NCBI GenBank assembly: GCA_050257975.1
Contig: JBLMXY010000024.1
Location: 15,844 to 79,843, forward strand
Origin: Acidobacteriota bacterium
Lineage (GTDB): Bacteria > Acidobacteriota > Thermoanaerobaculia > UBA5066 > Gp7-AA6
Direction of reading: 5' to 3'
Length of the DNA: 64,000 nt
Shown piece by piece: positions 28,948 to 36,420 of this stretch. How positions within the stretch are numbered: position 1 is the stretch's first letter; every line of letters begins with the position of its first letter. Below the pieces are notes generated by a model that worked only from the letters and a program-made list of their open reading frames with translations, was not told the DNA's origin and made no database searches. Made by a program: the position numbers and the translations under genes.

Positions 28948-29697
28948 TTGTTCGAGTACCAAGCCCTCTTCGACGCGCGGGGCGCTTTCTACAACCGCGC
29001 CAACCGGCTCTACCCGGAAGCCCGAGCGGAAGAAGCCCGCGCGATGCTGCGCCATCTGGCGCTCTCGGCCGCCTCCCGCTGGCTCGACACCTGCGCCGGG
29101 GGCGGCTACCTGTCCGCGCGCGCGCAGGCGGAGGGACTGCCGTCCGCGCGGCTCGCCTGCGACGGGTCGCTCCAGTTTCTCCGATCCTCCAATCGCGCGC
29201 AGCCGGCCTGCGTGGCGAGCGGCGCGATCCTGCCTTTTCCGGACTTGAGCTTCGACGCGGCCGCCTGTCTCGCGGCGCTTCATCACGCCGAGGATCCGGC
29301 GGCCGTCTGCCGGGAGCTCCTGCGCGTCACCCGGCCCGGCGGCCGCGCCGCTCTGGGAGACGTCGCGGAAGGCTCCGCGGCATCGCGATTCCTGAACGGC
29401 TTCGTCGACCGGAGCACCGGGACCGGACACCGGGGCCGCTTCGACTCCCTCGAGGCGCTCGCCGCCTTCTTCCGTGGGGCGGGCGGCCGCGGGATCTGGT
29501 GCGAGCGCGTCGAGATCGCCTGGCGGTTTGCGTCGAGAGAGGACGCGCTCCGCTTTTGTCGGGACCTCTTCGGACTCGAGCCCTCGACTCGCGATTCGGA
29601 GATCCGGCAGTCGCTGCTCGAGCTCGGAGGCGGTCCGGAGGACGGGGGCTTCCGGATTCCCTGGACCATGCACTACGTTTCGGCGCGACGCGAGTGA
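28948..29697 (+). CDS. Class I SAM-dependent methyltransferase
   Basis: A TTG at 28948 is the most upstream start that does not overlap the divergent GNAT gene. Motif I is WLDTCAGGGYL, and the post-I/II region is LAALHHAEDP...LLRVTRPGGRA. Confidence 0.78.
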   Translation: MFEYQALFDARGAFYNRANRLYPEARAEEARAMLRHLALSAASRWLDTCAGGGYLSARAQAEGLPSARLACDGSLQFLRSSNRAQPACVASGAILPFPDLSFDAAACLAALHHAEDPAAVCRELLRVTRPGGRAALGDVAEGSAASRFLNGFVDRSTGTGHRGRFDSLEALAAFFRGAGGRGIWCERVEIAWRFASREDALRFCRDLFGLEPSTRDSEIRQSLLELGGGPEDGGFRIPWTMHYVSARRE

Positions 29698-30476
29698 GGG
29701 TGGCAGACCTCCTTCCGCAATCCCTCCTTCCTCCTCTCTCCGCGGCGCTCACGCGCCCGGGCCGAGAGAGCGGGATCTCGCGCGATACCGGCTTGTCGCG
29801 CGAGCAGTGGCGCGACCTCGGGCGCGCCTTTCCGGCGCTCGGTCCCGACCCGGGCCCCGCCGCCGCCCGAGCGCGCCGGAGGCTCCAGTTCCTGGTCGGC
29901 CGCGCTCTTGCCACCGAGCGCCACGGTCCTCGATTCCGTCCCGCTCCTCCTCCGGCGGAGCCGGCCGTCTACGTCACCGCCCACCTGGGGGACCTCCGGA
30001 GTCTCCGGTACCTGCTGCGCCGCCACATCCCGGTCGCGACGGTCGTGCTGACGACGGAAGAAGAACGCGAAGCGATCGCGCGAGAGGACCGGGCCTTCGA
30101 CGCGCGAACCCCCCGAGACTTCCCGCACGCCTTCTCTTCCCGGCGCCCGCATCGCCTGCGCCGGGCGCTCTCCCGCGGCAGTCTCGTCTTCGCGGCCGAC
30201 CTGCCGGCGGTCGAGGGCGCGGCGTTTCCCTGCCTGGGCGGCCGGATTTCGCTCGACCCGCGGCCCATCCGCCTCGCGAAAATTGCGAAGGTTCCCAGCC
30301 GGCCGGTCTTCCTGACCGCCCCGCGAGGGCGCCTGACGATCACGGTGGGGGGCGACCTGCCTCGGGAGGAGGACGCGGCGCTTCAGGACTTCGCCGGGGT
30401 GCTCGAGCGCGTCGCCGGGGAATCTCCCTTCGAGATCGACGGACCGACCTGGTGGAGCCGGCTCGGCTTGCGATGA
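29694..30476 (+). CDS. LpxL/HtrB-like (lipid A biosynthesis-type) acyltransferase family protein
   Basis: The GTG at 29694 makes a GTGA overlap. It has VYVTAHLGDLRSL (HLGNWE-like) and LSRGSLVFAADLPAVEGAAFPCLGGRISLDPRPIRLAKIAKVPSRPVF (LK.G..v....DQ...G..v.FfG-like). Confidence 0.65.
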   Translation: MRVADLLPQSLLPPLSAALTRPGRESGISRDTGLSREQWRDLGRAFPALGPDPGPAAARARRRLQFLVGRALATERHGPRFRPAPPPAEPAVYVTAHLGDLRSLRYLLRRHIPVATVVLTTEEEREAIAREDRAFDARTPRDFPHAFSSRRPHRLRRALSRGSLVFAADLPAVEGAAFPCLGGRISLDPRPIRLAKIAKVPSRPVFLTAPRGRLTITVGGDLPREEDAALQDFAGVLERVAGESPFEIDGPTWWSRLGLR

Positions 30477-31783
30477 CCCCGACCGAAGCCCTCCAGGAGC
30501 TCTCGCGCCGGCAGCCGCGTGGCCCGGCCCTGCGCCGGGGGACGGAGGCTCTCGACCGGGAGGCGCTCCGGGCGCGGATCGCGGCGCGCTCCGAGTCGCT
30601 CCTGCGGGAGGCTCCGCATCGACCTCTCTCGCTCGACGCCTCGGACGCTTTCGCGCTGGTGGTCGACTTCTTCGCCGCGCGCGGGCTGGGCCGGACGGCC
30701 GTGGTCCATGCCGAAGGCGTGACCTCGCTTCTTCGGCAGGAGCGCGAGGAGCTCCTTCGCGGAAAGGTTCCCCCCTTCTCCTCGGAGACGGTCTTCTACT
30801 CCTCGGGAAGCGTCGGCCGCGGCAAGGCGATCCCGCTCTCCGACGAACAGCTGCTGACGGCGGCCCTCGCCTATCCGGGGCGCACGGGCATCGCCCCGGC
30901 CGACCGGGTCGCCGTGGCCGTGCCGCTCGGCCAGATCTTCGGCTTCATGCGCGGGGTCTTGAACTCCCTGCTCGTCGGCGCCGAAGTCCTCTTCTTCTCC
31001 CCGAAGCGCGATCCCCTGGGCGAGGCCGCGGCGGCCGGCGCGACGGTCGTCCTGCTTTCCCCGGAGCAGGCGCGTCTCTCCGCCCGGTTCCCCGGATCAA
31101 CCGGCCTGCGCGGCGCGCTCTCGGCCGGCGGGCCGATGGCCGACGCCGCGGCGGAGCGGATCGAATCCGAGCGCGGCGTCCCGGTGCGTCTCGGATACGG
31201 AATGACCGAGTCGTCGGGCCTGGGGACCCGTCAGCATTTCGACCGCCCCCGCCGCCCGGGCGGCTCGGGCCTTCCCGCGGCGGGGCTCTCGATCGAGATC
31301 GTCGCGACGGGCGGCCACGCCGCCGCGCCCGGCGAGACCGGCGAAATCCGCCTGTCGGGCAAGCCGGTCTTTCGCGGCTACGCGGACCCAGGCGAGGTCG
31401 CTCCGTTCGACGAGCGGGGACGCCTGCGCTCGGGCGACCTCGGCTTCTTCGACGAGGAAGGGGAGCTCCACGTGCGCGGCCGGGAGGCCTCGAGCATCGC
31501 GGCGCACGGGCGGTACCTGTGCGCCGAAGAGCTCGAAGGCGCCGTGCTCGAGAAGGCGGGCGTTGCGGAGGCCGCGGCGGTTCCGCTGGGCGACGCCTTC
31601 GGAATGCTGCTCGTCGCGGAAGACTCCTCGGAGGCCTTCCTGCGGGAGGTCCGCGACCACCTCGCGGCGCGCCTGCCACTCTTCGCGCGCCCGAGGCGGG
31701 TGCGGCGCGTCGAGGCGATCCCCCGCTCCCCCTCCGGCAAGCTGGATCGTCTGGCGGCGGCCAGGTGCTTCGAGACGTCCTGA
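30473..31783 (+). CDS. AMP-dependent synthetase/ligase (acyl-CoA or acyl-carrier ligase)
   Basis: ATGA overlap with the upstream gene. It has the AMP-binding motif FYSSGSVGRGKAI, GYGMTESSG, GDLGFFDEEGELHVRGRE and the C-terminal PRSPSGKLDR. Confidence 0.88.
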   Translation: MTPTEALQELSRRQPRGPALRRGTEALDREALRARIAARSESLLREAPHRPLSLDASDAFALVVDFFAARGLGRTAVVHAEGVTSLLRQEREELLRGKVPPFSSETVFYSSGSVGRGKAIPLSDEQLLTAALAYPGRTGIAPADRVAVAVPLGQIFGFMRGVLNSLLVGAEVLFFSPKRDPLGEAAAAGATVVLLSPEQARLSARFPGSTGLRGALSAGGPMADAAAERIESERGVPVRLGYGMTESSGLGTRQHFDRPRRPGGSGLPAAGLSIEIVATGGHAAAPGETGEIRLSGKPVFRGYADPGEVAPFDERGRLRSGDLGFFDEEGELHVRGREASSIAAHGRYLCAEELEGAVLEKAGVAEAAAVPLGDAFGMLLVAEDSSEAFLREVRDHLAARLPLFARPRRVRRVEAIPRSPSGKLDRLAAARCFETS

Positions 31784-32931
31784 ACCGCCGCGTCCTCGCC
31801 GCGGCCGCCCGCCAGGCGCGGGCGCGCGGGACGCCGTTCTATCTCTTCGACGAATCGCAGCTCGTCCGCCAGGCGCGCGCGTGGCGCCGGGCCGCCGAGG
31901 CGGTTGCGCCCGCGGAAGTCTTCTATCCCTACAAGTGCAACCGGACGGCGCCGGTCGTCGATCTTCTCTCGCGCGAGGGCTTCGGCGCGGAGGTCGCTTC
32001 TTCCGCCGATTTCGACGCCGCCTCCGGGCGGGGGTTGAGCGGAGAGCGAATCGTCATCCAGGGACCTGCGAAGGAGACGCACCTGATCGACGCCGGCCTC
32101 GGAGCCGGCGCGCTCCTCGTGGCCGACGGACGAGAGGACGCCCGGGCGATCCTCTTGCGAGCCCGCGCGCTCGGTATCGAACCCCGATATTTGCTGCGCC
32201 TTGCGCCATCGAGCGCTGCGCGGGAGCAGCGCCGGTTCGGTCTCGCGGCCTCCGAGCTTCTGGCGCTCGCGCGCGAGATTTCCCGGCGGCGCGCCCCACG
32301 GCCCGAAGGGCTCGCCTTCCACCTCGGCACCGGGATCGCGTCGGCGCAGCCCTATCTTCGAGCGCTGCGGGAGGCCGGGAAGGTCTCCGCCGCGCTTGCC
32401 CGTCTCGGAATCCCCGTCCGGACGCTCGATCTTGGCGGCGGCTTTGCCGCAGAAACCGAGTCGCGCCTCGATGAGCGCGGACAGCCGCGCGCCGCCGGAA
32501 GAATCCCCTCGGACCGCCTTCCCCGCCTCGCGCGCGAGGCGCGCCGCCGGATCGGACCGGGCCTGCGCCTGCTCCTCGAGCCGGGCCGCGCGCTCGTGTC
32601 GGGAAGCTTCCACCTCGTTTCGCGCGTCGTGCGGGTCAAGCGGTCGCGGCCGCGCGCCACCATCTACCTCGACGCCTCGTGCGTGTCGCACGCCTTCTTC
32701 GTCGCGCATGGGAGGCACCCGACTGCGGTGATCCCGCGGCGCCGGGGGACGACGCGATCCGTCGCTCTGGCCGGCCCTCTCGGCGTCGGGTTCGACCTCT
32801 TTGCGCCGTCGGTGGCTCTCACGCCGGTGGCGCCCGGCGATCTCGTCGTGATCGGCTCGGTCGGAGCCTACAACCAGAACGCCGCGAGTGCCTGGGCGGG
32901 GCCCGTCCCGGGCTCAAGGCGCATCATGTAG
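31765..32931 (+). CDS. PLP-dependent decarboxylase, Orn/DAP/Arg decarboxylase family (fold III)
   Basis: GTG start at 31765 (19-nt overlap). It has the PLP-lysine motif FYPYKCN, HLGTGI and LDLGGGF. Confidence 0.88.
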   Translation: MLRDVLNRRVLAAAARQARARGTPFYLFDESQLVRQARAWRRAAEAVAPAEVFYPYKCNRTAPVVDLLSREGFGAEVASSADFDAASGRGLSGERIVIQGPAKETHLIDAGLGAGALLVADGREDARAILLRARALGIEPRYLLRLAPSSAAREQRRFGLAASELLALAREISRRRAPRPEGLAFHLGTGIASAQPYLRALREAGKVSAALARLGIPVRTLDLGGGFAAETESRLDERGQPRAAGRIPSDRLPRLAREARRRIGPGLRLLLEPGRALVSGSFHLVSRVVRVKRSRPRATIYLDASCVSHAFFVAHGRHPTAVIPRRRGTTRSVALAGPLGVGFDLFAPSVALTPVAPGDLVVIGSVGAYNQNAASAWAGPVPGSRRIM

Positions 32932-33340
32932 ACCCGACCCGGCAGGCAGGATCCGCTTGCTCTCCGCGATGAAAGACATTCCGCCCCAGGCGAACTGGAC
33001 ATAGGGGATCAGGCGCCAGTCGGGATTGGCGTCGAAGAGCTCGACGCAGGCTCTCCGGGCTCCGGACACCTGCGCTCTCGGCGGCGGTCCGAGGCGCCGG
33101 CAGGCCCCGGAAGGAATCGAGCGCCCAGAAGAAGCGATTCTGCCTCTCCCGATGACTCAGAAACGCCAGCTGCCGGGCGGCCTTCCCGTTCTCCTCCCAG
33201 GCCAGCCCGAACGTCGTACCGGTCTCACAGCCGAACTCGGCGTAGTCGCCGGAGATGCCGTTGAAGCCGAGCGTCAGGAACGCCTTCCGGAAGAATTCGC
33301 GGCGGTCCTCGAGGTAGTGATCGACGCCGTAGGCGCTCAT
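32924..33340 (-). pseudogene. TylF-like SAM methyltransferase-family fragment with probable frameshift
   Basis: The N-terminal part reads GDYAEFGCETGTTFGLAW...FFWALDSFRGLPAP (TylF-type). Downstream of about 33047, third positions in this frame become A/T-rich. An alternative frame (stop at 32914) keeps high GC3 and reads CVELFDANPDWRLIPYVQFAWGGMSFIAESKRIL. Confidence 0.45.
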
Positions 33341-35067
33341 TGCAGGTACCCGAGCGCCCTCAACCGGCGGACTTGCTCCGCGACGTCCGGGGCCTGACCG
33401 GCCCGGCGCCCGGCCGTCGCGGTCCAGCTCGCCCACCCCGAAGCCAGAGGATTCGTCTGGGCAACGGGCAGGAGGCGCTCTCCGTCCGCGGACAGATCCG
33501 CCGAGGAGACACCGAGGTCGGTCCGGTCCGGCACGAGCCAGGCGCGCACGGCGCCGTCGTCCCGAATCGAGACGCGCACCTGGTCGCGCGAGAAGGCGAA
33601 GGTCTCGCCGTCGCGCGGGAAGAAAGGGACCAGCCGCGTCAGAAGGCCCGAGTAGCGGACGGTTCCCTCGATTCGCCCCCCCGCGCCCGGCCCGCGCAGC
33701 GCAACCCAGCGGCCGGGCAGCGCCTCCGAGAAGGACCGCAGCACGACGTCGCGGGCGGCGCGAAGCGCGGGTCCCGCCCCGGCGGCCGAGGCGAGGTTCG
33801 AATTCTCCTTCGGGTCCCCGGCGAGGTCGAAAAGGGCTTCGCGCGGAAGAAGCGCTCGCACCCGTTCCTCGCCGAAAGTGTGGTCGGTCACCGGGCCGAG
33901 CTCGCCCGGGCCCTTGTTGAAAAAGATCGCCTTCTGCATGCCCCGCTGCACCGCCACACGGAGAGGGCCGTAGTGGTAAGTCTCCGCGAGAAAGGTCCGG
34001 TCGGGCGGAACCGTCCCGCCCGACAGAGCGCGGGAGAGATCGACGCCCCGCCAGGAGCCGGCCGCCGCGCCCGGCTCGAGCCGGGCGAGCCCGGCGATCG
34101 TCGGGAGAACGTCGATCAGACCGACCGGTCCGGAGATCACGCGGCCGGCCGGGATTCCCGGGCCGGCGACGACGAGAGGGACCTTCAGCAGCTCGTCGTA
34201 GAGGGACCAGCCATGCCCGAGGAAGCCGTGTTCCATGAACTCCTCTCCGTGATCGGCCACGAAGACGACGTAGGTTCGCTTCCGGACGGAAGGCTCGATC
34301 GCGTCGAGCACGCGGGCGAGCCCCCGGTCGACCAGAGCGACCTCCTCGGCGTAGAGCCGCCGCCACTGCCCGAGCGTCGCGGCGTCGGGCAGGGGGCGCT
34401 TCCCGTAGAAGGAGAGGCTCATGTCGCCCGGGACCGGGGCGGCGGGATCCTTCGGTCGCCGGTCGGGCGGGCAGTAGGGCGAGTGGGGATCGACGAAGTG
34501 GACGTAGGCGAAGAAGGGACGCTCCTCGTGGCCGTGCAGCCATTCGGCCGCGCGGCCGGCCGTCGTCAACGCGTCGGTCCACATGGAAGCCTCGGTCGGA
34601 GGCGCCCAGAACGTGTCGAAGCCCTGCGCGAAGCCGTCGTCGCGGTTGATCAGAACGTTGGCGGAGAAGGCCGCGGTCTGGTAGCCCTTCGCCCGGAAGA
34701 GCTCCGCCATCGTGACCGCCTCCTCCGGGAGCCGCTGCGGCAGGTCCGCCCAGTCGGTCACCTCGTGGCACCAGCGCGAGGTGAAGAGGGAGGCGACCGA
34801 CGGAAGCGTCCAGGAAGACTGGGCGCGCGCCTGGGCGAATCGCGCTCCGGAAGCGGCCAGCGCGTCGATCGCCGGCGTGCTGCCGCGGGGCGCTCCGTAG
34901 GCGCCGACGGCGTCCTGGCGCACCGTGTCCCCGAGGACGATCAGGACGTTGGGAGGAGGAGGCGGCGCGCGCCGGCAGGCGGGCAGCGTGGCCGCCGCCA
35001 GAAGGAAGGCGAAAACGCCTGGCCGCGTCGTCCGCTTCCCTGGAGCCGCCTGCCGTTTGCGCTGCAT
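33337..35067 (-). CDS. Sulfatase-like hydrolase/transferase (alkaline phosphatase superfamily), probable lipoprotein
   Basis: 576 aa with lipobox LPAC and metal/nucleophile regions NVLIVLGDTVRQD and SSWTLPSVASLFT (Thr/Ser nucleophile type rather than CxPxR). Confidence 0.85.
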   Translation of the reverse strand: MQRKRQAAPGKRTTRPGVFAFLLAAATLPACRRAPPPPPNVLIVLGDTVRQDAVGAYGAPRGSTPAIDALAASGARFAQARAQSSWTLPSVASLFTSRWCHEVTDWADLPQRLPEEAVTMAELFRAKGYQTAAFSANVLINRDDGFAQGFDTFWAPPTEASMWTDALTTAGRAAEWLHGHEERPFFAYVHFVDPHSPYCPPDRRPKDPAAPVPGDMSLSFYGKRPLPDAATLGQWRRLYAEEVALVDRGLARVLDAIEPSVRKRTYVVFVADHGEEFMEHGFLGHGWSLYDELLKVPLVVAGPGIPAGRVISGPVGLIDVLPTIAGLARLEPGAAAGSWRGVDLSRALSGGTVPPDRTFLAETYHYGPLRVAVQRGMQKAIFFNKGPGELGPVTDHTFGEERVRALLPREALFDLAGDPKENSNLASAAGAGPALRAARDVVLRSFSEALPGRWVALRGPGAGGRIEGTVRYSGLLTRLVPFFPRDGETFAFSRDQVRVSIRDDGAVRAWLVPDRTDLGVSSADLSADGERLLPVAQTNPLASGWASWTATAGRRAGQAPDVAEQVRRLRALGYLQ

Positions 35068-35112
35068 CCTCTTCTCGCCCGGAGGATAAACGATCGGTGA
35101 GAGAGGCCCCCG

Positions 35113-35132
35113 CTATATCAAGACTGATATAG
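35113..35132. promoter_or_regulatory. AT-rich perfect inverted repeat (possible operator)
   Basis: CTATATCA-agac-TGATATAG lies in the divergent gap between the sulfatase-like gene (ATG 35067) and ORF 35219. Confidence 0.25.
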
Positions 35133-35218
35133 AGAAGAAGGCGCATGGCACTTTCGTGCCTTCCCGGTAGCACCCCGCGGCCATTGGCCTGGATTCGGCG
35201 GGCGCCTAACCTGACTCG

Positions 35219-35617
35219 ATGTCATCGAGAGAGAGTGAGGTCCTTGCCGTGACGCCTTCGACCAAGCCGGACGCGCGCTCCCCCGCAAAAACGCCGCTGT
35301 CCCACGAGGCTCCGGCCCCGGGGCCGGCCGCTTCGGTTCGCCCGGCCGTCACGGAGCGAGGCGTTTCCGTCCCGATCGAAACGACCCGCGACCGGGAGGC
35401 AGACCGAAACATCCTCTACGAGAGGCTGACGGGCGAGGCCGCCCGCCGGCGCGCCACGGCCCCCGAGCCGCAGGGCGCGGGCATGACGCCCGAGGACGTC
35501 GAGAAGGTCGAATACGTCGAAGTCTGGAGCACATCCGCCCCCGCCGACGGGTACGACTTCCGCATGTATACCTTCGGCGGCGCCCTGATCGCTTCCCGCA
35601 CGACACGCGGTCACTGA
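35219..35617 (+). CDS. Hypothetical protein
   Basis: 132 aa with high GC3 throughout and no recognisable domain. Confidence 0.45.
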   Translation: MSSRESEVLAVTPSTKPDARSPAKTPLSHEAPAPGPAASVRPAVTERGVSVPIETTRDREADRNILYERLTGEAARRRATAPEPQGAGMTPEDVEKVEYVEVWSTSAPADGYDFRMYTFGGALIASRTTRGH

Positions 35618-35649
35618 GAATCGCGCGGGCTCGCGGCTGCGGAGGCCCC

Positions 35650-36279
35650 TCAGCCGTTCGCGGCGACGAGGGCCGGCGCGGTTTCGCTGACCGCGCGATA
35701 GCGCTCGCCGATGTCCTCCCAGTCCCAGACGCTCCAGACGGCCTCGAAGAACTCCTTCTTGCGATTCTGGTACTGCAAGTAATACGCGTGCTCCCAGGCG
35801 TCGAGCACCATGATCGGCAACCCGCCCTGGGGGAGATTGGACTGGTGATCGTAGATCTGTGAGGCCAGGAGGCGCTGGGCGACCGGCTCCCAGATGAGGG
35901 CGGCCCATCCCGAGCCCATCACCGTCGCGGCGGTCTCCGTCATCTGGCGCCGGAACTTCTCGAAGCCTCCAAAGTCGCGGTCGATCGCGCGGGCGAGCTC
36001 CCCCTGCGGCTGGCCGCCGCCGTTGGGCGCGAGGTTTTGCCAGAAGAGCGAGTGCAGGACGTGACCCGACAGGTGGAAGGCGAGCGCCTTGTCCAGCGCC
36101 GCCAGCCGCGAGGAGTCCTCCTTCTCCCTCGCCTCGTCGAGCTTCTCCAGCGTCTCGTTGGCGCCCTTGACGTAGGCCGCGTGGTGCTTGTCGTGGTGGA
36201 GCTGCGTGATGCGGCCCGAAATGTGGGGCTCGAGCGCGCCGTAGTCGTATTCGAGGTCGGGCAATCGGTAGACGGCCAT
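35650..36279 (-). CDS. Fe/Mn superoxide dismutase
   Basis: MAVYRLPDLEYDYGALEPHISGRITQLHHDKHHAAYV...DAWEHAYYLQYQNR. The second ATG (36279) is preferred because of GGAGGAGG spacing. Confidence 0.95.
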   Translation of the reverse strand: MAVYRLPDLEYDYGALEPHISGRITQLHHDKHHAAYVKGANETLEKLDEAREKEDSSRLAALDKALAFHLSGHVLHSLFWQNLAPNGGGQPQGELARAIDRDFGGFEKFRRQMTETAATVMGSGWAALIWEPVAQRLLASQIYDHQSNLPQGGLPIMVLDAWEHAYYLQYQNRKKEFFEAVWSVWDWEDIGERYRAVSETAPALVAANG

Positions 36280-36304
36280 GGACATCCTCCTCCGAGTCTC
36301 CCGA

Positions 36305-36320
36305 AGCACGATCCGTGCCT
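36305..36320 (-). promoter_or_regulatory. sigma54-type promoter candidate (SOD)
   Basis: The minus strand reads AGGCACGGATCGTGCT, 25 nt upstream of the ATG at 36279. Confidence 0.5.
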
Positions 36321-36372
36321 CGACCGGGACGCCCCCTCGCCCCTCCGCCCCTTGCCAAACCTCACCTTCTCT

Positions 36373-36388
36373 TGGCATCGGCGTTGCT
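36373..36388 (+). promoter_or_regulatory. sigma54-type promoter candidate (hybrid histidine kinase)
   Basis: TGGCATCGGCGTTGCT, 32 nt upstream of the ATG at 36421. Confidence 0.65.
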
Positions 36389-36420
36389 AACTCCGATTCG
36401 CAGGCCGCTCGCGAAGCCAT

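Noticed and set aside
35146-35160. TGGCACtttcgTGCC resembling a sigma54 promoter
   Set aside because: The GG-to-GC spacing is one nucleotide shorter than canonical on both strands. It is better explained as the simple hairpin GGCAC-tttc-GTGCC.
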